This document shows, piece by piece, positions 9,497-19,200 of a stretch of 64,000 nt of DNA. The stretch is from a virus (lineage: Duplodnaviria > Caudoviricetes), in IMG/VR virus record IMGVR_UViG_3300034106_004043; one strand, 5' to 3'. Position numbers and translations under genes: made by a program. Below the pieces are notes generated by a model, which ran no database searches, was not told the DNA's origin, and was given only the letters and a program-made list of their open reading frames with translations. How positions within the stretch are numbered: the stretch's first letter is position 1; every line of letters starts with the position of its first letter.

Positions 9497-12400
9497 TTAT
9501 GGTTTTACCGTAATATTCCAATTGTATGGAGAATTTTTAAGTAATAAATAATATGGATTAGTTAAACCTCCCGTCGGTGATTCAGGTTGTGGGAATGTGG
9601 TTCCTGTAAACAATAAAGTCTTATTGTACAAAGTATTTGCCGTCGCAATAGTCGCAACATCTTGTAAAATATAATCTACCGCCGCGGTTTTAAGGTCACT
9701 ACCTCTAAAATCTAATGATAACATATTGGTCATTGCTGAGAATGTTGATGTCCATCCTGTTAATGTTGGGATTCCCACACTAAATGTTCTCAAAGTTGAT
9801 GGGAAATTACCTTGTATTATTTGTGTACTATCTATGAAATTATTACTTCCAATATCTAATGTAACTACTGAGGTATGTGCGGATAAATTTGTTGTACCTG
9901 TTAATATATTATCATATAGACTAATTGATGTTGCCCCTTGAGTGTAATTAAAATCAAAATTCTGTAAAATATTACTTTCAAAATTTATTGTTCTAATAGA
10001 CGTTGGGAATAGTGTTGTCCATCCTGATAAACCAACACTATTTAAATTGAAAGTTTGTAATGACGTTGCTCCCGTTAAATCTACCGACCATTGAGGAACA
10101 GTCTGTAAAGTTGCTGAAACATCACTCATATTAAAAGTCACACAACTAGTCGGGAAGTTACTTGTATATCCTGTTATATCATTTGAATCCAATCTCAAAG
10201 TTTGTATACTATTAGGGAATATAGGTGGTAATGATGTCAAATTATTACTATCTAACCTTAACGTTGTTAACGATGTACAAGCTGAGATAGTATTTGTGAA
10301 TGAACTTAAAACAAGATTACTATTTAAATTTAAATCAGTTAAATTCGTATTTGCTGATAAATCAATATCAAAATTACGGATTCTGTTACCACTAAGATTG
10401 GCAATTTCAGCAGATACTGGTAATGTATAGGTCCATCCTGATAATGATGTATTAGAAAAAACATTTATTAATTCAAGACCTGTACAACCCGATAAATTAT
10501 TGGTCACATTAAGTATTGGTAATGATGTATTAAGTACAATGTATATTTGATTGAATGTTGAGCCAGTTGGTACCGTCACATTCAAGTTAGTTAAACTATT
10601 ATTACCAATTAAAGTTAAAGTTCTAAATGAACTACTTCCTGAAAAATTGTAGGTAAACCCTGATATATCAGTATTCTGAATTAATAGTTCCCTAAATACG
10701 GGTAATGTCGCCAAATTAGTTGTAGGACTAAATTGGAAATTTTGAGACCCTGGAGCATTTGTATTATAGATATAAAAATCAACAAGTGAGTTAGGTAAAC
10801 TAGAACTGAAATCAGTTAGAGTCGTACCTGATAACCATATATCAGTCGCAGCAGTAAATGCACTAAAAGTGTAAACATTTTCAATGATATCTGAGATATT
10901 AAATAATCTAATTTCCTGAATATTATTAGTAGACGTTACGGATGAAAGTTGGAAATTATCAAATGTTGCAGTGTATAGGTTAGAATCATACGTATGATTG
11001 TACGAATATGCAGAATATGATGGTGAATATGGTGGATTCGTAATATTAACAGGAAGTGTTGATGCATCACCCCAATTAATATTAAAACTACTATCAGGTG
11101 CAGTTATAAAGGTCGATATTAATGGATTCGTATCAATAATATTTTGTACTTGGAAATAAGGTCCAATTGGAAGAACCGCTGTTTGAGTTGGAGTAAGAGT
11201 TGGTGTTGGTGTTAATGTTGTTGTTGCCGTTGGGGTTAATGTTGTTGTCGTTGTTGGAGTTGGTGTTAACGTCGGTGTCGTTGTTGGAGTTGGTGTAAAT
11301 GTTGGTGTAACCGTTGGTGTTGGTGTTAATGTTGCCGTTGGAGTTGGACTAGGACACGGGTGTGCTGAGTTACATGTATCACAATCTCCAATAAACTGTG
11401 ATTGATATACTAATGTAGCAACGTCAATATCGATTGTTCCAACTGTATAACATAGATTATTTGTTGCAACAATTATATCACCAACAACTAAATTATTTGG
11501 AACATAACCTTTACCATTTGTACCACCACAACATGAAATTAATCTTCTAAACGACCAAGCAGTTGGTGTAGGAGTTTGAGTATTTGTTGGAGTAGATGTA
11601 ACAGTTGGGGTAGATGTTAAAGTTGGCGTAACACTTGGAGTAGACGTTTGTGTCGGTGTTGGATTATTAGTAGGAGTAACTGATGGTGTAGGTGTTGGTG
11701 TTTGAGTAGGTGTTTGAGTAGGTGTCTGAGTAGGAGTTTGACTATTAACCGGCATTGGGTTAGTTACAATACAAGTCACTGTTTGACTTTGTTGGAACAC
11801 TCCTTCACCGCTATCAGTAACTAAAATAGTATATGTACCAGCAGTTAATCCAACCGCGCTAAACGAGTCATTACCTGTTGTAGTAACACCATTAAATGTG
11901 TAGGAAAATGGTTGTGTACCATCTACAACAGTAATGTAAATTGACCCATTATTTCCACCATAATAAGTCGGTGATGTTGATGAACAATAAGCAATTATTG
12001 ACCTAGGAGCGTCAAGTAATATACAATCAACAGTTTCAATATAATCACCATAAAAATCATAAACAATAGATGTATATGTTCCAGCTGAAACATTACTATA
12101 AACTTGAAATGTTTGTCCATTAGTGCTTTGTCCAACCGCAGTTGTACTTGTACCTGTAAAAATAGAATAAGGAGGAGTTCCCCCTACAATATATAAACCT
12201 ACTTGCCCGTCCAATGAATCGGTCGCTGAAGGAAAAGTTCTTATACAAGTAACCTCCATTGGAAAAATTGTTTTTAACGAGCAATCATTGACTAATGCGG
12301 TTGTTGAATACTGAGCATTTAAATCAACGGTAATACCTGTAGGACATGGATTTAATAAATTACAAGTTGTACAACTTGTTTGTCCAGTCATTCCAACTAA

Positions 12401-12574
12401 ATTATATGTGGTTGGTTGATAATTTAATGCGGGAATCTCAACGTATTCACCACAAAATATTTCGCCTTCAAGAGTTTCAATATAATATATCTCAAACTCA
12501 GACACATAACCAGGAATACCAGTTAAGTAGAAATATTCATTACTATCACAACAATTTTTAAATCCTAAAGCCAT
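9497..12574 (-). CDS. modular virion adhesin: CC domain, SprB repeats, TP linkers, PKD-like domain, leucine-rich repeats
   Basis: KNCC N-terminus; GGTPPY/GTQPFSY...GTYTILVTDS; INWGD; LxxLxLxxNxL repeats (LTTLRLDSNNLTSLP) at ~9600-10950. Confidence 0.7.
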   Translation of the reverse strand: MALGFKNCCDSNEYFYLTGIPGYVSEFEIYYIETLEGEIFCGEYVEIPALNYQPTTYNLVGMTGQTSCTTCNLLNPCPTGITVDLNAQYSTTALVNDCSLKTIFPMEVTCIRTFPSATDSLDGQVGLYIVGGTPPYSIFTGTSTTAVGQSTNGQTFQVYSNVSAGTYTSIVYDFYGDYIETVDCILLDAPRSIIAYCSSTSPTYYGGNNGSIYITVVDGTQPFSYTFNGVTTTGNDSFSAVGLTAGTYTILVTDSGEGVFQQSQTVTCIVTNPMPVNSQTPTQTPTQTPTQTPTPTPSVTPTNNPTPTQTSTPSVTPTLTSTPTVTSTPTNTQTPTPTAWSFRRLISCCGGTNGKGYVPNNLVVGDIIVATNNLCYTVGTIDIDVATLVYQSQFIGDCDTCNSAHPCPSPTPTATLTPTPTVTPTFTPTPTTTPTLTPTPTTTTTLTPTATTTLTPTPTLTPTQTAVLPIGPYFQVQNIIDTNPLISTFITAPDSSFNINWGDASTLPVNITNPPYSPSYSAYSYNHTYDSNLYTATFDNFQLSSVTSTNNIQEIRLFNISDIIENVYTFSAFTAATDIWLSGTTLTDFSSSLPNSLVDFYIYNTNAPGSQNFQFSPTTNLATLPVFRELLIQNTDISGFTYNFSGSSSFRTLTLIGNNSLTNLNVTVPTGSTFNQIYIVLNTSLPILNVTNNLSGCTGLELINVFSNTSLSGWTYTLPVSAEIANLSGNRIRNFDIDLSANTNLTDLNLNSNLVLSSFTNTISACTSLTTLRLDSNNLTSLPPIFPNSIQTLRLDSNDITGYTSNFPTSCVTFNMSDVSATLQTVPQWSVDLTGATSLQTFNLNSVGLSGWTTLFPTSIRTINFESNILQNFDFNYTQGATSISLYDNILTGTTNLSAHTSVVTLDIGSNNFIDSTQIIQGNFPSTLRTFSVGIPTLTGWTSTFSAMTNMLSLDFRGSDLKTAAVDYILQDVATIATANTLYNKTLLFTGTTFPQPESPTGGLTNPYYLLLKNSPYNWNITVKP

Positions 12575-12578
12575 TAAC

Positions 12579-12586
12579 TATAAATA
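12579..12586 (-). promoter_or_regulatory. TATTTATA putative late promoter
   Basis: 4 nt upstream of ATG 12574. Confidence 0.5.
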
Positions 12587-12626
12587 ACAAGATTTTCATT
12601 TTTATGAATATTAAAAACGAAATATA

Positions 12627-12905
12627 TTAAGAAGTAGGTGTCGGTGTTGGTGTTGGTGTGTTAGTAGGTGTCTGAGTAGGGGTTGGACAATTATAAATTG
12701 TCATAGTTTCACATAAATTAGAATCGACAATCTTTAACATAAATGATTGTATCCCATAAAATGTTGATGGAACATAAACATTTATTGGCCAATAAATTGG
12801 GTCGTATTCTGTTTGTACTAATTCACAATTATTTCCACCATAATCACAGACATAAAACTGAAAGGGTGGTGTACCATCAATATTAGATATTTGTATATAA
12901 GCCAT
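12627..12905 (-). CDS. small SprB-like domain protein with free Thr-Pro tail
   Basis: IQISNIDGTPPFQFYVC...LKIVDSNLC followed by [18 protein letters not shown]; paralog of 2366-2587. Confidence 0.65.
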   Translation of the reverse strand: MAYIQISNIDGTPPFQFYVCDYGGNNCELVQTEYDPIYWPINVYVPSTFYGIQSFMLKIVDSNLCETMTIYNCPTPTQTPTNTPTPTPTPTS

Positions 12906-12914
12906 ATTATATAA

Positions 12915-13823
12915 TTACCAACAAGTTATGATTACTAAACCGTCACCACCAGGACCTCCAGCACCACCAGCAGATAGAGATGTTCCAGCACCTCCTCCCC
13001 CACCTCCGCACCCAGGACCCCCTTTACCACCAACACCTCCCACACCAGCATTGTTACTAGCACCACCTGTACCTCCAAGACTAACAAATGGTTTCATCAT
13101 AAACATTCCATTAACACCTGCCCCACCAGCCGCGGCTCCTCCAACAACATCAACAACAAAACCTCTACCCGATATTGACCCACCATTTGCACTTGTACCA
13201 GGGTTTGCCGCATTTATACCACCTCCACCTCGTCCAGCAGAAAATGGTATAGAACCTGTTCCATATACACCAGCAAGTGGTGAAGCAGTTGCGTTACCAT
13301 CTCCACCTGTTATACCAATTCTATTTGTAAATGTTCCTAATGACACCATACCCATACCTGTATTAGTTGTCGCGGTACCTCCCGCACCTCCTGTACCACC
13401 CGCAGCACCTGTTCCAGGATTTCCGGCCGCTCCTCCATTAGCCTGAGCAATATATAAATTATTTAAACTCACCGTACCACCTAAGTTAGTACTAACAATT
13501 GATTGACCACCAGCAGTACCCGCAGTTGCAGGATTACCACCAGCACCACCTGGTCCTCCCGTACCAACCAATATGAGTAAACTATCTGATAGAAAAATTT
13601 TAGGTATAACTACACGAGTAAGAGCACCTGTTCCTCCACCTCCACCTCCACCACCAGCTGAACCAGCGGCTCGAGTAAATCCACCTCCTCCTCCACCTCC
13701 TGCACCCATACATAAGATATAGACCATAGTTATACCTTTAGGTAAAGTGTAAGCATATTGACCCGCAGTATAATATATTTGCGTTTTGTGAGCGTTATTT
13801 GTTAAATTATATGCAAAATCCAT
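12915..13823 (-). CDS. glycine-rich (polyglycine II) gp38-like adhesin, copy 3
   Basis: PKGITMVYILCMGAGGGGG...GGDGLVIITCW; many GGxGG motifs. Confidence 0.65.
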   Translation of the reverse strand: MDFAYNLTNNAHKTQIYYTAGQYAYTLPKGITMVYILCMGAGGGGGGGFTRAAGSAGGGGGGGGTGALTRVVIPKIFLSDSLLILVGTGGPGGAGGNPATAGTAGGQSIVSTNLGGTVSLNNLYIAQANGGAAGNPGTGAAGGTGGAGGTATTNTGMGMVSLGTFTNRIGITGGDGNATASPLAGVYGTGSIPFSAGRGGGGINAANPGTSANGGSISGRGFVVDVVGGAAAGGAGVNGMFMMKPFVSLGGTGGASNNAGVGGVGGKGGPGCGGGGGGAGTSLSAGGAGGPGGDGLVIITCW

Positions 13824-13833
13824 AATTAAATTT

Positions 13834-14706
13834 TTACCAACACTGTATTATTACTAAACCATCACCTCCACGTCCTCCTGTCCCTCCAACACCTGTAGGT
13901 GTGGTACCAGCACCACCACCTCCACCACCAGTACCAATGTTTCCATCACCACCTGCTCCACCTGAAGCAGGTGTAGTACCACCTCCTCCACCACCACTTC
14001 CTGCAATAGAATAGAATGGGGTTAATGAAAATACCCCTACACTACCTGCACCACCTGACTGTCCTCCAGTATTTGTAGGGACTATACCTGCACCTGTTAA
14101 ATTTCCTCCATTTGTTGGTGTGGTAGCTCCTGCCGCCATACCCCCTCCACCAGCACCCCCATATAACATACCAAGAGAACCCCATGTAAGTGAAGTTCCA
14201 TTAGTTGTTGTCCCTGCACCTCCACCAAGGCCTGCAATTGTTGTCCAAACTCCAATCGTTGAGTATAATGCGTCTGCAACGTTAGCGGTGGAGCCTCCAT
14301 TACCAGCAGTTGCTCCATTACCTCCAGTACCACCTGAAGTGGTTATAATACGTGTATATATATCAGTATTACCAGGAACAGGCATATCAACAAATGTAGG
14401 ACCTCCATTACTTCCAGCTCCTCCACTCGATACTCCCCCAGCACCTCCAGTACCTACATTTATTATCAAAGAATCTGTTATAAAAATTTCAGGAATAATT
14501 AATCTAGTTAAACATCCACCTCCACCACCTCCACCTCCTGACCTATTATTTGCAGATGAGTTAGTAGCACCACCAGCTCCCCCACCACCAGCACTAATAG
14601 CAGTAATGGATATCATAGTTATACCTTGAGGTTTTATCCAAGTTCCTGACTGATAAAACACTTGTGTTTTATAACTATAATCAGCTAAATCATATACAAA
14701 ACTCAT
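13834..14706 (-). CDS. glycine-rich (polyglycine II) gp38-like adhesin, copy 2
   Basis: PQGITMISITAISAGGGG...GGDGLVIIQCW. Confidence 0.65.
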   Translation of the reverse strand: MSFVYDLADYSYKTQVFYQSGTWIKPQGITMISITAISAGGGGAGGATNSSANNRSGGGGGGGGCLTRLIIPEIFITDSLIINVGTGGAGGVSSGGAGSNGGPTFVDMPVPGNTDIYTRIITTSGGTGGNGATAGNGGSTANVADALYSTIGVWTTIAGLGGGAGTTTNGTSLTWGSLGMLYGGAGGGGMAAGATTPTNGGNLTGAGIVPTNTGGQSGGAGSVGVFSLTPFYSIAGSGGGGGGTTPASGGAGGDGNIGTGGGGGGAGTTPTGVGGTGGRGGDGLVIIQCW

Positions 14707-14718
14707 ATTACATACAAA

Positions 14719-15621
14719 TTACCAACAAGTTATTATTACCATCCCAGGTCCTCCATCTCCACCACTACCACGTGTGGTTCCTGAACCCCCACCTCCTCCT
14801 CCACAACCAATTTCACCTTTTCCACCATTACCAGCAGTTCCAAGAGCAAAAGAACCACCACCAGCTCCTCCTAATGAGAAAAAAGGTAAGTTTATAAAAA
14901 TACCACTTGCCCCATTATTTGTTCCACCACCCGCACCTCCTGTCATTGTTGGGATTGTTGCACTTCCGGTAATATTACCACCGGCGAAATTTGCGTCAGC
15001 CGCACTTTTTCCTCCTCCAGCAGCTCCGCCTGTTATTGGTAATCCTGACGACGCAACAGTTATTGAACCTCCAGCGGCAGCATTGACACCTCCCGCACCT
15101 GCTTGTCCAGCGATAGACACAAAAGTACCCATTGTTAGATAAATTGCGTTTCCTTGAGTTGCAATTGCTCCTGCACCTCCACCGGCAGAGGAAGCACCAG
15201 CAGCACCTACGTTTCCACCTGAACCCGCGGCCGCGAATACTACACGAGTTTGGATAGCAGTCGTATCCCCTCTTGCGATATCAACATATGTCGACGCACC
15301 ATTCGCGCCTCCTGAACCTCCTGTACCACCCGTACCTCCAGCACCAACAGTTACTTTTAAACTTTCAGATAATAAAATAGCAGGTATTGTTAATCGAGTT
15401 ATTGCCCCCGAACCACCACCACTACCGCCTGAAGCCGCAGTACCCGTAGATTGGTTACCCGAAGCTCCTCCTCCTCCAGCACCAATAGCCGTGATATGTA
15501 CCATAGTAATACCTCTTGGTTTAACCCAATAAAAAGTACTTAAAGAGGCATTGGTACCTATTGTCCCTGTATAGATTTTAGTGTGATATTGATTGTCAGC
15601 TAAATTGTAATAGTCAATCAT
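14719..15621 (-). CDS. glycine-rich (polyglycine II) gp38-like adhesin, copy 1
   Basis: PRGITMVHITAIGAGGGG...GGPGMVIITCW. Confidence 0.65.
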   Translation of the reverse strand: MIDYYNLADNQYHTKIYTGTIGTNASLSTFYWVKPRGITMVHITAIGAGGGGASGNQSTGTAASGGSGGGSGAITRLTIPAILLSESLKVTVGAGGTGGTGGSGGANGASTYVDIARGDTTAIQTRVVFAAAGSGGNVGAAGASSAGGGAGAIATQGNAIYLTMGTFVSIAGQAGAGGVNAAAGGSITVASSGLPITGGAAGGGKSAADANFAGGNITGSATIPTMTGGAGGGTNNGASGIFINLPFFSLGGAGGGSFALGTAGNGGKGEIGCGGGGGGSGTTRGSGGDGGPGMVIITCW

Positions 15622-15627
15622 AATTTT

Positions 15628-15813
15628 TTAAGCCCATGATGGTCTTGGAGGGTTTGAATCAACAACTCGGTATCCGAAATTTATTGTCAAATCTAAAGTA
15701 TTACCGTCTAAATCGGTTAATCTTAAACATTGTCCTGCCATCCAATCTATTTCCATATATCCCATAGATACTGGCGAACCGTATTCAAATTGTATTAATT
15801 GGTATATTAACAT
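15628..15813 (-). CDS. small hypothetical protein (fibre-tip assembly factor?)
   Basis: 61 aa; ATG overlaps the upstream TAA (TAATG coupling); fills the gap between genes. Confidence 0.6.
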   Translation of the reverse strand: MLIYQLIQFEYGSPVSMGYMEIDWMAGQCLRLTDLDGNTLDLTINFGYRVVDSNPPRPSWA

Positions 15814-16232
15814 TAGTAGTCCCCTCCTATAACCGTTGCGTCAATACCACCAGCGGCTGCGGCACCGATTGTTACATAAATTATATAATTAGGAGGTAAA
15901 GCAAACATAAGTGGTAATTCATAGTTGGTTGACGCTGCGTTGGTAACAAATGTTGCATTTGCCGCAATTGTTATTTCATCAAATAAAGTGTTATTAGCTG
16001 CGGTAGTAGTTGTTGAACCATTATTAATCCAAACACGACCAACAGTTGCCGCCGAATTTGCACCTGTATGTCTAAATCTTATTTTTTGCACATAACTCCC
16101 TTCGGTACCTGCGGTAAAAACAGGATAAACTGTACCTGAGGTTAAATCTCCCGTATTATTCGCAGCCGTAATGCTAACATTCCACATAATCTCAGGTCTT
16201 AGTGTAAAAATTGGTGCTGTATTTGCTGGCAT
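15813..16232 (-). CDS. small beta-rich virion protein, putative fibre-tip connector
   Basis: MPANTAPIFT...VIGGDY; directly downstream of the giant fibre gene. Confidence 0.6.
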   Translation of the reverse strand: MPANTAPIFTLRPEIMWNVSITAANNTGDLTSGTVYPVFTAGTEGSYVQKIRFRHTGANSAATVGRVWINNGSTTTTAANNTLFDEITIAANATFVTNAASTNYELPLMFALPPNYIIYVTIGAAAAGGIDATVIGGDY

Positions 16233-16260
16233 AGTATTATAATAATTTAATTTAGTTTAT

Positions 16261-16268
16261 TATAAATA
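16261..16268 (-). promoter_or_regulatory. TATTTATA putative late promoter
   Basis: Immediately after the giant gene stop, 28 nt upstream of ATG 16232. Confidence 0.45.
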
Positions 16269-19200
16269 TTATATAAAGTTAAAATTGTTTGCTGTTGTAT
16301 AAACAAGTCCTAATGTGAATGTTCCACCCGCAGCTCCTGCAGCTCCTGAGGTACCTGATGAACCAGTAATACCCGATGAACCTGAAGTACCTGATGAACC
16401 TGATGTTCCAGATGTACCGTTAACAATAATAGTAACTGCACATACGTCATTTACTGTAAGTGTTGTATCACCACCATTTGTATATAATGCACCTGTAAAC
16501 AAATAATCACTACCACTTACACTTACATTGTTGAAGTAGTAAATATCAATTTTATTTGAACCATTTAAATTAAAAATTAAATATACAATCCCTTGTGTTC
16601 CAACTAAGTTTAAAAAATAATCACTTAAATCTGCTGAGTCAGCAGTTACTACGTCAAATTTCAAATCATACACCGCTACACCCGCTCCTTGATAAGTAAA
16701 TTGACCTGAAGCAGGTGCACCTCCTGTCCCACCACCGTATTGGTATTGAAGACCACCTTTATTACCTTGACTACCTGATGTGCCTGATGAACCACTTGTT
16801 CCTCTTGAACCCGTACTTCCGCTAGACCCCGAACTACCTGAAGAACCCGAACTTCCACTAGAACCACTTGTTCCCGATGAACCTGAAGAACCTGAACTAC
16901 CAGATGAACCTGATGTGCCAGAACTACCTGATGAACCACTTGAACCTGATGTTCCTGAGCTTCCGCTTGTCCCTGAAGAACCAAAACCTGATGAACCAGA
17001 TGTTCCACTAATACCATCTAATCCGCTTGTTCCTGATGAACCTGAACCTGAGCTACCTGATGAACCAGCACTTCCTGAAGAACCGCTAGTTCCACTACTT
17101 CCTGTAATACCTGAAGAACCTGAGCTTCCACTTGAACCTGATGAGCCAGAAGAACCTGATGTTCCTGAACTACCGCTAGTACCCGAAGAACCTGTATTAC
17201 CGCTTGAACCTGAACTTCCTGAAGAACCGCTAGTTCCTGAGCTACCACTTGTACCTGTACTACCCGATGAACCCGAACTTCCTGAAGAACCACTTGTTCC
17301 TGATGAACCTGATGTACCAGAACTTCCAGTATTACCTGACGAGCCTGAACTACCCGCACTTCCACTTGAACCTGATGTTCCTGAGCTTCCACTTGTTCCT
17401 GATGAACCTGTATTACCAGAACTACCACTACTTCCTGAAGAACCACCTGACCCTGATGTACCCGAAGAACCAGATGTTCCTGAGCTACCACTTGAACCTG
17501 AAGTTCCACTCGTTCCTCTTGACCCTGTACTACCAGATGAACCAGAACTACCACTAGAACCTGATGACCCACTACTACCTGAAGTTCCTGAAGAACCGCT
17601 AGTTCCACTTGACCCAGCACTTCCACTAGAACCTGAACTTCCGCTTGACCCCGAACTACCTGAAGAGCCTGATGTACCACTTGAACCAGAAGTTCCTGAT
17701 GAACCACTATTACCCGAAGAACCTGAGCTTCCACTTGAGCCAGAAGACCCTGATGTTCCTGATGAACCGCTAGTACCAGATGAACCTGTGTTTCCACTTG
17801 ACCCTGAACTACCAGCACTTCCTGAAGAACCACTTGTCCCTACTGAACCTGAAGTACCAGCACTACCGCTAGAACCAGAACTACCTGTACTACCACTTGA
17901 GCCTGATGTTCCAGAACTACCACTTGTTCCTGTACTACCCGATGAACCGCTAGTTCCTGAAGTACCACTTGTTCCTCTTGAGCCTGTACTTCCGCTAGAA
18001 CCCGAAGACCCACTTGAGCCTGAACTTCCAGCACTTCCTGAAGAACCACTTGTACCTACCGAACCTGAAGTACCAGCACTACCGCTAGAACCACTACTTC
18101 CACTTGAACCAGATGAACCTGACGTTCCACTACTACCAGATGCCCCTGAACTTCCACTAGACCCTGACGAGCCACTTGAACCAGAAGAACCGCTAGAACC
18201 TGAAGTCCCTGATGAACCAGAGCTACCTGATGTTCCGCTACTTCCATTAGCACCTGATGTACCAGCAGAGCCAGAACTACCACTACTTCCCGAAGAACCT
18301 GAACTTCCACTTGTACCAGATGTTCCCGAACTTCCGTTAACTCCTGATGTTCCTGAACTACCACTTGAACCTGATGAACCAGCACTTCCTGATGAACCAC
18401 TTGACCCAGATGTTCCACTGCTTCCATTAGCACCTGATGTACCAGCACTTCCTGAAGAACCAGTTGAACCTGAACTTCCACTAGAACCACTACTACCTGA
18501 TGTTCCACTACTTCCATTGGCTCCAGATGTTCCTGATGAACCTGAACTACCACTTGAACCCGAACTACCACTTGAGCCAGAAGAACCTGATGTACCAGAG
18601 CTACCATTAGAACCAGAAGTTCCTGAAGACCCACTTGAACCTGAGCTACCTGATGTTCCCGATGTTCCTGAGGTTCCTGAAGAACCACTAGTACCTCTTG
18701 AACCCGTACTACCCGATGACCCTGAACTACCACTACTTCCACTAGAACCTGATGTTCCAACAGAACCAGAACTACCGCTACTTCCACTTGAACCAGATGA
18801 ACCACTTGAGCCAGATGTTCCTGAACTACCATTAGCACCTGATGTACCAGAACTTCCAGCACTACCACTAGAACCTGAAGAACCACTAGACCCTGAACTT
18901 CCTGATGTTCCACTTGAACCAGAAGAACCTGTACTTCCTGAACTACCACTTGAACCAGATGTCCCAGTTGAACCTGAACTTCCTGATGAACCAGCACTTC
19001 CGCTAGACCCCGAACTACCTGATGTTCCACTGCTTCCATTGGCCCCCGATGTACCACTACTTCCTGAGCTTCCAGCACTACCGCTAGAACCTGACGAACC
19101 ACTTGTACCTGAAGAACCGTTAGTTCCAGATGTTCCCGACGAACCTGAAGAACCACTAGAACCTGAAGAACCTGATGTACCCGAAGTACCTGATGTTCCT

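Noticed and set aside
12928-15142. Pro-rich plus-strand ORFs (12928-13446, 14120-14629, 14774-15142)
   Set aside because: Antisense shadows of GGN-rich glycine genes.
12915-15621. Diversity-generating retroelement or shufflon acting on the three Gly-rich paralogs
   Set aside because: No reverse transcriptase or recombinase in the window, no template/variable repeat pair with adenine-only differences seen, and no flanking inverted repeats.
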